In this document: one piece after another, positions 6,839 through 16,262 of the stretch | Layout: every line of letters starts with the position of its first letter | How positions within the stretch are numbered: the first letter of the stretch is position 1 | DNA from: a virus | Lineage: Duplodnaviria; Caudoviricetes | DNA length: 30,828 nt | Virus record (IMG/VR): IMGVR_UViG_3300020044_004535 | Span: 1-30,828 of that record | Reading direction: 5' to 3' (one strand) | Notes under the pieces: model-generated | What the model was told of the DNA's origin: nothing | What the model saw: only the letters and a program-made list of their open reading frames with translations | Database searches by the model: none | Program-made: the position numbers and the translations under genes

Positions 6839-9800
6839 TTAATATGCCTGAATGACTGCATCAATTTTACCAGTTACGGCTGTGCCTGATGCGTTTAACA
6901 CTTGAATCAATGGGCCAAGTGATGCCGATTTGTCAACAATACGACCAGTTACACCGCCGTTTCCGTCTGATTGTACGGTCAATTGTATGTTTTGGATAGC
7001 GTTTACAGTCCTGCCTAATGTTAGGCGTGTGCCTGCGCTTGATATGCTTACATCATTTAATATGATGTTAATGTCTGGCACATCTAGAACCGCTTTGAGC
7101 TTTTTAAACTTATCAGTACCAATGCCGCCTTGAGTTGAGCATCTGAAAAAAATCTCTCCAAAAGATGTGTCTACTTCAAGTGAACCAGGCCACAACTGCC
7201 AGCCCGTATCGTCTTCATAAAACAATCCAGCATCATCAAGATAAAAGGCATCATTGTTTAGCCCGTAAAAAGGCGAAGAATTAAAACGCTTGTATTCAAT
7301 TTTGTAGTTTGAAGATTCAAATTCATAAATGAGTTTCAGCGTACCAGCCGTATGTGGCAAAACAGAAAACTCATATTTCATAGGCAAAGAGTTTGTACCC
7401 TCATAGAACTGGCTACCTGCATCAATGTAGAACGGCTGTTCGTCTTCAAGGTAAAACAAGTCTGTCTGATTTGCTACAAGCTCTGTACTAATAACAGTTG
7501 CGTTAGTCTTGTCTGCGTACCAAGTTGGGTCGTGTTGCCACTCAAAAATGATGTTGTCTGTCAGCGCGTTGCCAAGGTTCATTGTGATTACTGCGGCGTT
7601 TTCGCTTTCGTTTCCAGTCGTGTCTACCGCCTTAATCAAAAGCGTGACAAGTCCAGCGGGTCGAGTGACTAGATCAAATGGCGATTCTGTAATCAATCCA
7701 TTGTGCAACTCGGCGGCTGTGTTCCACCAAGTGTTTAATCCGTAATTGAACTTGATCTTATAACCTGCTAAGTCAATGTCTTTAACGGGTGACCAAGAAA
7801 GGATTGATTTATCTACTGAAAAGTTTATTACATCGGCTGGCTTTTTCTTTAATCCAATAACTGTGTAATTGACGTTATAAGGTGTGCCACGATTACCAAT
7901 AGAGTTAAAAGGAACAATTTGCAAATTCCAAGTATCATCAAGGCCACCAAGCCAAGTAAATGAATTGGCAATAGTTGTACCAAGCAATTGTAATGGAGCG
8001 CCACCCGTAGAACCCCAAATCTGATTTAAAGCAGTATTTGAGTTTGATTCGATCTGAACAGTTAAATCAGTTTGGAATGTATTTCCTTGTCGTTTTAAAA
8101 ACTCGCTGACATACGCAAAAGTAATAACTGGCAGAATGTTAAGCAGGCTTCTATTTGGTGGAGGTGTGTAAGTGCCGTTAAACACATAAGGCCAAAACTC
8201 GTTTGGCACTGGTGAAACCGTAACCTTTGCGCCGTCTCCACTTGGTTCGATAGATGTAACGACAACTTTTAGACCAGGCGTTGCTACAAAGTCATAAATC
8301 CAAAGGCTGTTAACTGTCGGAATATCGACACCGCTAGGCCAACCGTTGATTGATATGGTATCTGTCGAGCCTGTAAAAGCATTAACTGTAAAAATACGAT
8401 ACTGAGCCTCACCTAGTAAACGAAGGCCAATAAAACGGCTTGTAGCGCCTAGTTGAGATGTGGATGGGATTACATCATCAAGGTTAAGGGTAAGAGTAGA
8501 GCCACTTAAAGAAGACGAAAGAACGCGACCACCATAGCCCCATTGGGTTACATCGTGAGACAAGGCCAAAACTGTGCCTTTTTTGTATGTCAAATACTCT
8601 AGGTCTTGATCGAAAGTAATTGACTTAGCCATGTAAATGTTTTGGCCCATAGAATGACGCGCCAACACTGCTGCATGGTATTCAGATGTGATGCCAAGGT
8701 TAGACAGTCGAGCAGTGCTTTGTGGTATTATTACGTTAGGCGCTTTTACTCGCAGGCTGTTCCATTGGTTGTTTTGAGATTTATCAAAGTATCCATATTC
8801 GATTTCGTCAGCACGATCTGAACCAGCATAAGAAACAGAGAATGTACGGGCTTTGATGTTGCCCATGTTAATCACACCCTCAATTGGGGCTGTGTCTTCC
8901 ATCCATGAGACGCCTAACTTACCGCCATCCCAGGACAACGTGCCTAAACCAGCATAAGCAATAGCGCCAAACAAATCAGCCATAGACATGGCATTTTGGA
9001 TATGTGCATCAAACTTAAAGTTTTTAGACGCGCACCAAACCATAAACGCTTTTAATGATTCAATGTCAATCCTAGAATCAGCCCATCCTAAACCTGCAAT
9101 TAAGTTTGAACCAGAATAGATGCCACGCGCAAGCATCAAAATCTGAGCACCTGGGTTACTTAGACCATTGTTTGTGTTTGTAGCCGTAATCCATGCAAAG
9201 CCATCCCAATACGGCATTGATTTGGCTGTTGCAATTAGGTTAAATTCATCCAAAGCGCCTGTAAGTTGGCCGCTTGCCTTGATATTTAAACTAACTAATG
9301 ATTGCCCTGAGTAATCACCTGTGTCTTGCTGAAAGCTCTTTAGCTGTGTCCAAGTGGTTGTGTTTTGAGATGAAGATGCTGTGTCATTTTTTGTTATTTT
9401 GCGAATACGAATATCATATTGATTTGCTGCAACGCTTAACAATACACCAACACGCAATGGTTTTGATGTTGCGTTTGAGTAAACTAATTTACCACTTGGA
9501 TATGAAACAGTGCGCCAAGAGTAAACTGGCACTTCCCTAGTGACATATTCACCACTATCACCATTTTGTGTTGAATAATCTATCTCTGTTTTTGTGCCGC
9601 TTTGGTATTTCTCTTGATATGTTGTGCCAGGTTGCGCTTGCCCTAACGGAATAGCCACCCAACTATTTGTTCCTGCAATACAGTATTCGGCCTGAAGCTC
9701 TACAGACTTCGATTCGTATGCGCCTGTAGTAGAGTTAACACCAAAAAGATTCATCTCCAAATCAATGCCGATTTGGATTGTGTCTATGCTTGTTGTTCGT

Positions 9801-10561
9801 TGCACCCAAGGCCCAGTTCCATCTGGTGCATCAAGCAAACCGCCTGAAATTGCGTCTACACTGTCTACTGGTAATCCAGTGTCTGCAATATCAGAAAATC
9901 CTTTGTAATACGTGTTTACCCCTTGATAATCTTCAATTCCAGTTTGCCCAATTCTTAAAGTTTTAACACTAGCACAGTTAATGCCAATATTGAATGTCTG
10001 TTTTAAGTATTGATCTTCACCTGAAAAATAAGTGTAAGACTGAGCCGCTAAATCTGGCACACAATACGTTTCACCAAGAATAAGCGACATAGGCTGCCAT
10101 GTACGCGCCTGATTACGTCCACCGCTTAATGAGTATGTAGGCAGGTTTTGATTTTGTGCCACATCCATGCCAACTGGCAAAGTTGGTGGCAATACTTTAT
10201 TTACAACAAGAGAGCCAGCCAAAACAATACCAGCAGAATAGATAGCAGCACTACCACCATAACTTGCAGCCAAAGAAGCCCCCCAAGGGCCCGCCTGTGA
10301 AGCGATATAAATAAGCGCAACAGTTCTTAATACGCCAGAGTTATGAACAAGTGGCCTACATTCAATGACCTGACCGTCTTTTAGCTTGGTACGGCTCCAC
10401 ATGATTGCAGGCACTTCCAACCCACCTACCTCAACAATCCAAGCACTATCAATACCTTGACTTACAAGAAGTGCAGCCAATGTGTCGTGGCTGTCCATGA
10501 TCGCTATTGACGTTTGACCCTGTGTTGTAAAAGGGTGAGGTGTGACGGTTAGTTGGTGCAT
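6839..10561 (-). CDS. central tail tip / host specificity protein (TipJ-like, with N-terminal ubiquitin-like TipI-type domain)
   Basis: 1240 aa; TYSLSGGRNQAR, SNPG..IL, INMGNI, GTVLALSHD.TQWG motifs; C-terminal FnIII-like segment (IKAVDTTGNES); synteny. Confidence 0.85.
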   Translation of the reverse strand: MHQLTVTPHPFTTQGQTSIAIMDSHDTLAALLVSQGIDSAWIVEVGGLEVPAIMWSRTKLKDGQVIECRPLVHNSGVLRTVALIYIASQAGPWGASLAASYGGSAAIYSAGIVLAGSLVVNKVLPPTLPVGMDVAQNQNLPTYSLSGGRNQARTWQPMSLILGETYCVPDLAAQSYTYFSGEDQYLKQTFNIGINCASVKTLRIGQTGIEDYQGVNTYYKGFSDIADTGLPVDSVDAISGGLLDAPDGTGPWVQRTTSIDTIQIGIDLEMNLFGVNSTTGAYESKSVELQAEYCIAGTNSWVAIPLGQAQPGTTYQEKYQSGTKTEIDYSTQNGDSGEYVTREVPVYSWRTVSYPSGKLVYSNATSKPLRVGVLLSVAANQYDIRIRKITKNDTASSSQNTTTWTQLKSFQQDTGDYSGQSLVSLNIKASGQLTGALDEFNLIATAKSMPYWDGFAWITATNTNNGLSNPGAQILMLARGIYSGSNLIAGLGWADSRIDIESLKAFMVWCASKNFKFDAHIQNAMSMADLFGAIAYAGLGTLSWDGGKLGVSWMEDTAPIEGVINMGNIKARTFSVSYAGSDRADEIEYGYFDKSQNNQWNSLRVKAPNVIIPQSTARLSNLGITSEYHAAVLARHSMGQNIYMAKSITFDQDLEYLTYKKGTVLALSHDVTQWGYGGRVLSSSLSGSTLTLNLDDVIPSTSQLGATSRFIGLRLLGEAQYRIFTVNAFTGSTDTISINGWPSGVDIPTVNSLWIYDFVATPGLKVVVTSIEPSGDGAKVTVSPVPNEFWPYVFNGTYTPPPNRSLLNILPVITFAYVSEFLKRQGNTFQTDLTVQIESNSNTALNQIWGSTGGAPLQLLGTTIANSFTWLGGLDDTWNLQIVPFNSIGNRGTPYNVNYTVIGLKKKPADVINFSVDKSILSWSPVKDIDLAGYKIKFNYGLNTWWNTAAELHNGLITESPFDLVTRPAGLVTLLIKAVDTTGNESENAAVITMNLGNALTDNIIFEWQHDPTWYADKTNATVISTELVANQTDLFYLEDEQPFYIDAGSQFYEGTNSLPMKYEFSVLPHTAGTLKLIYEFESSNYKIEYKRFNSSPFYGLNNDAFYLDDAGLFYEDDTGWQLWPGSLEVDTSFGEIFFRCSTQGGIGTDKFKKLKAVLDVPDINIILNDVSISSAGTRLTLGRTVNAIQNIQLTVQSDGNGGVTGRIVDKSASLGPLIQVLNASGTAVTGKIDAVIQAY

Positions 10562-10962
10562 AGTCTGTAAAAGCCTTCTACTCTCAAACCACGACTAGGT
10601 AAATCTCTGATCTTTGTCAGCTCCACCCCGCCAATAGCCCTTGAATTGTGTAAAACCCATTGTGTGCCATTGTAAATTAAGAGAGTACCAACGTGCCACG
10701 CATTTATTGAAATCATCAATACAGCACAGCCATTTTCAGGCTCTATTTTCACAGCTAGGTTGTCTCGTACCAGTTTGATCTGCGCCGCCTGCCCTGCCTT
10801 TCCTTGATTGTGCTTTTCAAAAGGCAATAAAACCGTTCTATTGAAAATCTCTTTTTGAGCCTTGATAAAGAAGTGAGCGCAGTCAAACTCACCAGCTAGA
10901 TAAGGTGTGCCTACAAATGACTGAGCCTTAACCCAATCAGCCTGGGAACAGTGCTGGAGCAT
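10549..10962 (-). CDS. NlpC/P60 tail tip assembly protein (TipK-like)
   Basis: VGTPY...FDC..F, WHVG, WVLH NlpC/P60 motifs; start uncertain (10974 or 10962). Confidence 0.8.
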   Translation of the reverse strand: MLQHCSQADWVKAQSFVGTPYLAGEFDCAHFFIKAQKEIFNRTVLLPFEKHNQGKAGQAAQIKLVRDNLAVKIEPENGCAVLMISINAWHVGTLLIYNGTQWVLHNSRAIGGVELTKIRDLPSRGLRVEGFYRLCTN

Positions 10963-11407
10963 TTTCAGGGTCAAAGCGAATCCTTACCGCTGTCTGTCTC
11001 ATAGCTGCGTCTGGCCCCATCGTGCAAGAAACCGACAATGGCGTGATGTTGATGCCTGACAATTGAGAAACAAATTCATAATCAAACACGCTTGGAGTGG
11101 AGCGGCTTGATAGGCGAATGGTTGCATCAATCGCAGAGCCTACAGGCAAAGATTCAACGAGCGAAGTAATTTCCCGCCCAATGTTGTCAATCTGCAATTG
11201 TGCGCGTGGGTTTTCGCCGTTTGCTTGGCTTGGCAACTTAATCCGAAAAGGCAGACCGAAGTAAGTGTTTCCATCAATAACCCAGTCTTTTGTGTCGTTC
11301 ACCAAATAGGCTGGGCTTGTCCAAGATGAATGATTCAGCACCAACAATTCAAGGATGCCGCTTGAATCGTCTACTCGCTGAAGGCTTGCGCGTGTCGTTG
11401 CTTGCAT
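10937..11407 (-). CDS. DUF1833-like minor tail protein
   Basis: LEL....H.SW..P.YLVND......G..Y..LPF...LP....E.PRAQL.IDNIGR...RFDP..APALF; position after the distal tail gene. Confidence 0.8.
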   Translation of the reverse strand: MQATTRASLQRVDDSSGILELLVLNHSSWTSPAYLVNDTKDWVIDGNTYFGLPFRIKLPSQANGENPRAQLQIDNIGREITSLVESLPVGSAIDATIRLSSRSTPSVFDYEFVSQLSGINITPLSVSCTMGPDAAMRQTAVRIRFDPENAPALFPG

Positions 11408-11772
11408 TACAAGACTTTCAAGTATTCAAGTTGAAGTGGCATTGTGTATCTTTCACGATACAACCCCAAAGGCGTAACTTGACCTAATTGACCGCCCACA
11501 ATACGCGCCTGAATAGTCTCTCCTGTGCGTGGGTGTGTAAAGTCAAAGAACAAAGCACCAGCGCCAATGTCGTTATAAAACCAGCTTTCAAAGTCTTCAA
11601 TGCGCTTCTTATGTCCAAACACCAAAGTCAGCGACAGATTAGCCATTGGGTTAGTGCTTTGCCTGCGTTGCTTTGGTACGCCGCGCTCCATCTCTGAGCG
11701 GATAACTACGGGATTAACTTGCTCAGTCGTTTGATTCCATACAGTCTTAACGTATGTTGGAAAAGTTGCCAT
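11407..11772 (-). CDS. distal tail protein (gpM-like)
   Basis: VIRSEMERG.PKQRR, F..WF...I..GA.FF.F.HP; immediately after tape measure. Confidence 0.78.
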   Translation of the reverse strand: MATFPTYVKTVWNQTTEQVNPVVIRSEMERGVPKQRRQSTNPMANLSLTLVFGHKKRIEDFESWFYNDIGAGALFFDFTHPRTGETIQARIVGGQLGQVTPLGLYRERYTMPLQLEYLKVL

Positions 11773-13671
11773 TTACATTGCTCCTTGAGGCACAAAGCGA
11801 GAATTGGTGGCTTGGAATAGTGAGCCTACGCCTGCGCCCATGCGGTCTGCTAAACCAGATTCAACAGCCGCAATCATCACATCAATCGTAGTAGAACCGT
11901 CTGAGTTTTGGCGTGAGCTTTGGCCTGTCACTTGCATTTGTGAGCCTTGGTTGATTACGTTTACAGTAACAGCACCTCCGCCACCACCTAGGCCTTGGCC
12001 CATAGCGTGATCTACAACCGTCTCATTTGGGTGAAGCATGGCCATAAAGCCGCCCTGTCCGTCAAGACCGCCTGAACGTGAGCCAGAGCCTGTATAGCCA
12101 CCGCCTGCAAAACTTAAATCAGTGTAGCCGCCTGAGTTCGCAGCAGAGCCACCACCAAAAATAGAACCAAGACTAAAGCCAGATGAACTAATGCCAGCCT
12201 TTATTGAATTAAGCAAAGGTTCAGTCACAGTCAATCGAACAATCAGTTTTAATAAATCTTGTTCAATACCTTTAAGAATGTCACTAAAACCCTTGCCGCC
12301 AATAATGGCATCTTCAAAAGCAGAGCTAAAAGTCAAGCCTAAACTATTTGCAAGTTTGTCATTTTCGCCTGTTGTCTCCTTGGTCTTTTTGTTCAGTTCA
12401 TCAATGGCTTCTTTGTATTGACGCGCATCTAAATCACCACGCTGGAAAGCCTCGTTGATCTTTAGCTGATTCTCAAGCAATGCCGAAGCCCTGCCAGATT
12501 CTGTATTTGCTTTGATCTTTTCTAACCAAGTGTTGTACTTCTCAAGCTCTTTTGATAAGTCTTGAAGGTCTTGTTTTTGGGCTTTTACTGCCTCGGCTTG
12601 AGCTTGTGTTGCCTGTGAAAACTCTAGCTTTGGCTTGTTTGTCTCAGAAATTTGCTTGATTTCTTTTGTGCGATTCAAAAAATCAGCTTGAAATTTATCA
12701 AGCTCGGCCCTTGCTTTGGCTGCGTCTGCCTTCATAGCATCGCCAATGGCTGAGAATTTCTCAAAATCACCAGTTGCAAGTGCTGCGATTTGGCGACCAA
12801 TGCCATAAAACTCTGTACCAATTCCTTTCAAGACAAAGATAACATCGGATGCCACGATCACAATTGTTTCAAAGACTACTTGTACACCAGCCAAAACGCC
12901 TTCAAAGACTGAATATTCATTCTGAGACTGTTTGACATAGTCAACCAATGCCTGCGCCTGTTCAACCATCTGCGACATGACGGGGATTGATTCAGCCGCC
13001 ATCTGCTTGGTCAAGCCAGCCAAAGAGCCTTGGAGCCTTGAAACTTGCTTATCGTAAGCATCAGCCGCTTCAATCTGCGCCTGTGTGATCTTTACTTGCC
13101 GCTCTGAGCCATCAGCGAGATCATTGAGGAAAGGAATCAACTCAGCGCCTGACTTGCCAAACAGAGCCACAGCCACAGCCGTTTTGTTTGCACCGTCCTC
13201 AAATCCGTTTAAAGCGTTAGCCACTGCCTCGATTTGGTCAACTGGTGATAAGTCTTTGAACTCTTGGAAATTCAAGCCTAGAGCCGCAATTGCAGCGCCT
13301 GCGCCCTTTGCTTCATCATCAGTCTTTGATAGAGCCGAAGTTAGCTTAATACTTGCAGCCGATACCGTATCAAGCGAAACACCTGAAACGTTTGCCGCCG
13401 TTGAAAGACTAGCAACAGCCTCTGCCGTGTCGCCAATCTTCTCTGCTAAATCTTGATAATCAGCAATCTTTGAGATTTGATCGTTTAGCGCAACAGCAAC
13501 ACCAGCAGCGCCGACACCTAAAGCAACCATAGAAGCACGAGCCGCCTCGACTGTGCTTTCTACTGCCTTTGCAAATTTTTGCGCTTCGTACTCGGCTTTT
13601 GTTAAGCCTTTGATGTAGTCAGCCGCGTCAAGTGAAAGCGATACGACCAGTGCGCCTAATGAGTTAGCCAT
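11773..13671 (-). CDS. tail tape measure protein
   Basis: 632 aa, Ala-rich helical; LG.LVV.LSLD.A.Y N-terminus, ALFGKSGAELIP.L, FAGGGYTG...LHPNETV C-terminus. Confidence 0.9.
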   Translation of the reverse strand: MANSLGALVVSLSLDAADYIKGLTKAEYEAQKFAKAVESTVEAARASMVALGVGAAGVAVALNDQISKIADYQDLAEKIGDTAEAVASLSTAANVSGVSLDTVSAASIKLTSALSKTDDEAKGAGAAIAALGLNFQEFKDLSPVDQIEAVANALNGFEDGANKTAVAVALFGKSGAELIPFLNDLADGSERQVKITQAQIEAADAYDKQVSRLQGSLAGLTKQMAAESIPVMSQMVEQAQALVDYVKQSQNEYSVFEGVLAGVQVVFETIVIVASDVIFVLKGIGTEFYGIGRQIAALATGDFEKFSAIGDAMKADAAKARAELDKFQADFLNRTKEIKQISETNKPKLEFSQATQAQAEAVKAQKQDLQDLSKELEKYNTWLEKIKANTESGRASALLENQLKINEAFQRGDLDARQYKEAIDELNKKTKETTGENDKLANSLGLTFSSAFEDAIIGGKGFSDILKGIEQDLLKLIVRLTVTEPLLNSIKAGISSSGFSLGSIFGGGSAANSGGYTDLSFAGGGYTGSGSRSGGLDGQGGFMAMLHPNETVVDHAMGQGLGGGGGAVTVNVINQGSQMQVTGQSSRQNSDGSTTIDVMIAAVESGLADRMGAGVGSLFQATNSRFVPQGAM

Positions 13672-13986
13672 CTTCTGTACTCGCGTTTATGGGGTTAAAT
13701 CCGAAATATTCTTTAAGGTCATTATCGCTTAAATCGTCTACTTCTTCAATAACTGGGTCTAGCAAGTAGTTGGCTAGTTTGGCGTTTTTAACACCGCCCA
13801 TGTAAGCATCCATGTACATACAGAGGCGCGCAAGCATTATCTCTAAACGCCTGTGCGGTAAGTATCGTTTACGTGCATAACTAGCGAATAGACCAAGATC
13901 GCTCTCAGTCATTTCGCCTAGCTCACTTGGCAACTTCCCAAGACCAAAGGCGAGATCACAAAGAAACTCGCCTCGGTCTGTTAGGC
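13664..13986 (-). CDS. tail assembly chaperone GT extension (expressed via -1 frameshift)
   Basis: The -1 frame is open from the slippery site: SLTDRGEFLCDLAFGLGKLPSELGEMTESDL... Confidence 0.75.
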
Positions 13987-14298
13987 TTTTGGGGCGTTGA
14001 TTTTCTCCATCGCGTCACGCACTGGCTTCAAGTCTGCCCAATTCTGCGAGGCGATCAATTCAACGTCTGTTTTGTCGTTAGGGTCTAGCAGTCGGTTTCC
14101 TTCTTTGTCGCAGATCACAGTGGCGATATTACGGGCCAAAGAGCTTACGCCTTCCAACGGGTTTGAGACGCTGTTTTCAATCTCTGCCACAGTCATAGGC
14201 TTGATGTAGACAGTGCCGAAACCTTCCAACTCAACCTCGATCAAGTTAACGGATGTTTTCTTTTGTTGCAGGAATTGCAGGAGTTCAGATTTTTTCAT
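13981..14298 (-). CDS. tail assembly chaperone G
   Basis: G.VYIKPMTVAE...A.VICD.EG.RL motif; lies between tail tube and tape measure. Confidence 0.8.
   Translation of the reverse strand: MKKSELLQFLQQKKTSVNLIEVELEGFGTVYIKPMTVAEIENSVSNPLEGVSSLARNIATVICDKEGNRLLDPNDKTDVELIASQNWADLKPVRDAMEKINAPKA
13987..13993 (-). other. programmed -1 ribosomal frameshift slippery heptamer C CCA AAA
   Basis: X XXY YYZ pattern ending one sense codon before the G stop (GCC CCA AAA GCC TAA); a -1 slip enters the downstream ORF. Confidence 0.8.
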
Positions 14299-14307
14299 GG
14301 TTTACCC

Positions 14308-14436
14308 TTAAGTTAAAGTTTGTGCAGAGCGATAAAAAGCGAGACAGAGAATTGCAATGAACGCAATCAAAGAAACGCCCAAGATGATTTTGATTGAATC
14401 AAAAATAAATCCAATGAATTTTAATACTTGCTTCAT
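14308..14436 (-). CDS. 42-aa membrane peptide (moron)
   Basis: Hand-translated MKQVLKFIGFIFDSIKIILGVSLIAFIAILCLAFYRSAQTLT; GAGG SD; starts just after the lipoprotein stop. Confidence 0.55.
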   Translation of the reverse strand: MKQVLKFIGFIFDSIKIILGVSLIAFIAILCLAFYRSAQTLT

Positions 14437-14437
14437 T

Positions 14438-14770
14438 TTATACCTCACACTTGATTTTCATTACATAAGTTTTTCTAGGATTTTTTGTTAACCCATAAAT
14501 TCCATTATTAATAACAGATTCATTTAGAAAAACAATTTTTTTGCACTGATCTTGAAAATAAATTTCAACTTGTTTTTTTCTATCTTCCTCTTTCTCTAAA
14601 TCCATACCAAAATCATAAGCATTTCTAATCATAATTTTATAATCGTATTCAGCAGAGTCTGATTGGTGAAGCGAAATTACTTGATCTCTAATAAGCATAT
14701 CTGTATGCACCTTTGTTCCAGCACAGCCAGTAAGCGCAAGCATTGCCAAGATTGTGATTAGTGTTTTCAT
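14438..14770 (-). CDS. lipoprotein (moron; possible superinfection exclusion)
   Basis: MKTLITILAMLALTG|C lipobox; AT-rich; own promoter; inserted in the tail operon. Confidence 0.75.
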   Translation of the reverse strand: MKTLITILAMLALTGCAGTKVHTDMLIRDQVISLHQSDSAEYDYKIMIRNAYDFGMDLEKEEDRKKQVEIYFQDQCKKIVFLNESVINNGIYGLTKNPRKTYVMKIKCEV

Positions 14771-14775
14771 GTCTA

Positions 14776-14829
14776 TTCCTAGTTGTTGAAGGTTTGATTG
14801 TTTATCAAAATTCTTACTTGATGCTTACA
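14776..14829 (-). promoter_or_regulatory. putative promoter: GTAAG-N6-GTAAG, AACAAT, TCAACAAC, AGGA SD
   Basis: Near copy of the layout upstream of erf. Confidence 0.6.
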
Positions 14830-15453
14830 TCACCACATATAAGGCCAAAATAAGTTAGATTTTTTTAAGTTGTCGCTACTTTGCAAAACCTGCAAGTTTG
14901 CAGGAACATGAAGCCCTGAGACAGTCTTGCCTTGCAATGGAACTATGTGGTCTACATGGTACTCAAGGCCCGTAAATATGCGAAACGCAAATGCAGCCTC
15001 ATAAAAAGATTCGATCTGATCGTGTTGTTCAGAAGTTAACCAGCTTGGCGTTCTGTTCTTTTTTGATACTTTGTATCTTTTCATAGAAGCAGAATATTTT
15101 TCTGGGTTGCTTTCTCTCCATCTCTTATCTGTTGTTTTTTTCCTGCTTTTGTTTTGCTTAGTCCAGTCAATTGTTCTTTGTTTGAGAAGTTCTTTGTTCT
15201 TCTCATAATAGTTTTTCATTTGATTGGCATATCGCTCTTTATTATTTTCTCGCCATAGCTTACTTTTTTTGCAGGCGGCTTCTCTGTTGTCAATGTAATA
15301 CTGTTTAATTTTTTCGCTGTTTGATTTTTTATAAATTTCCCATTGCACCTGCCTGCAATGCTTGCATCTATGCCCAAGGCCATCTTTAGATTTAGCCCTT
15401 TTAATAAATTCTGATTTTGGCTTTGCTTCGCCGCAGCCTGTGCAAACTTTCAT
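14830..15453 (-). CDS. HNH homing endonuclease with N-terminal Zn finger
   Basis: CTGC...CKHC; RTPSWL; YHVDHIVPL.G..VSGLHVP.NLQVL...N..KSN; start ATG 15453 after GAGG SD. Confidence 0.88.
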   Translation of the reverse strand: MKVCTGCGEAKPKSEFIKRAKSKDGLGHRCKHCRQVQWEIYKKSNSEKIKQYYIDNREAACKKSKLWRENNKERYANQMKNYYEKNKELLKQRTIDWTKQNKSRKKTTDKRWRESNPEKYSASMKRYKVSKKNRTPSWLTSEQHDQIESFYEAAFAFRIFTGLEYHVDHIVPLQGKTVSGLHVPANLQVLQSSDNLKKSNLFWPYMW

Positions 15454-15471
15454 GTTTAACCTCACATGATG

Positions 15472-15536
15472 CTAACCCTGAAGAATCGTGGCAGGCAGGG
15501 GTTAAGTCTGCTTTTCGCTCCGTCGAGCTAGCCACG
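15472..15536 (-). ncRNA. candidate structured leader RNA (three-way junction plus pseudoknot)
   Basis: P1 CGUGGC/GCCACG, P2 GCUC-GACG-GAGC, GAAAA linker, P3 GCAG/CUGC, loop UUAACCC complementary to downstream GGGUUAG. Confidence 0.55.
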
Positions 15537-15541
15537 CTTAG

Positions 15542-15550
15542 ATTATATCA
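15542..15550 (-). promoter_or_regulatory. extended -10 promoter TGATATAAT
   Basis: Perfect TGnTATAAT just after the tail tube stop and 5 nt upstream of the RNA structure. Confidence 0.65.
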
Positions 15551-15551
15551 G

Positions 15552-16193
15552 TTAGATAACCAGATCAACTCGGTCACTTGTACGGCGAATATTTGCGCTG
15601 CCCTGCCAAATCCCTCCAGCCGAACCAGATGCACCGACTTGCACAACAACACCAATGTCGATCATTGTGCCGCCGCTGTTTACCAATGTGGTTTTCAGGG
15701 CAATTTCAGTTACGTTTTTGCGGCTGTCGTTCAATGCAGTTTGGAAAAGACCTGGAGCCTTTGAGTAATTGATAGAAACAGAGCCGTAATCTGTTGCGCC
15801 AAAATCAATTTGTTTGCCGCAATTGGTTGTAGTTGCGATTTCTTCAGTTGCGCCAGTGTCACCAGTGTAAGAGGTGATTTCGCAGCTAGAAGAAAAAACG
15901 CCTTTGGCAGATGTACCGCCGCTAGCGTATGTGCCGAATGTTGTTGAATCTACGTTTGCAAGCGTATAAGTGTCTGAAGTGACAGCTTGAATTGCAAAAA
16001 GTTGATTATTCAATTCTTCCATGCCGACAACGCCTGCAATTTTTACAACGTCACCAACGGCATAACCGTGAGCGGTAGAAGTTACAACAGCGGGGTTCGC
16101 TTTTGTAATTGCGGAAATGTTCTTTGTAGTTGCATAGCTTGTAACTACTTGGAATGTGGAGCCAGTGTACTTGTAACGGGAGCCTGCGGACAT
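15552..16193 (-). CDS. major tail tube protein with FCCH-like inserted domain
   Basis: ISAITKANPAVVT...HG...GD.V.I.GV.GM.ELN segment; follows the tail terminator gene; GAGG SD. Confidence 0.8.
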   Translation of the reverse strand: MSAGSRYKYTGSTFQVVTSYATTKNISAITKANPAVVTSTAHGYAVGDVVKIAGVVGMEELNNQLFAIQAVTSDTYTLANVDSTTFGTYASGGTSAKGVFSSSCEITSYTGDTGATEEIATTTNCGKQIDFGATDYGSVSINYSKAPGLFQTALNDSRKNVTEIALKTTLVNSGGTMIDIGVVVQVGASGSAGGIWQGSANIRRTSDRVDLVI

Positions 16194-16233
16194 ATTGATT
16201 ACCTCATGAGGGAAAGTTGTTTAAACAGTGGTG

Positions 16234-16262
16234 ATTTTACAATGAAGAACCATAAATGACAA
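16234..16262 (-). promoter_or_regulatory. sigma70-like promoter TTGTCA-17-TAAAAT upstream of the tail tube gene
   Basis: 5/6 matches to both hexamers with optimal spacing. Confidence 0.55.

Noticed and set aside
6930-14209. Many 60-125 aa + strand ORFs opposite the tail genes
   Set aside because: They lie within well-supported minus-strand genes and translate to shadow-like sequence
14830-15550. IscB/HEARO (OMEGA) system or group I intron
   Set aside because: No RuvC motifs, the RNA is only ~65 nt, and the flanking genes are not split
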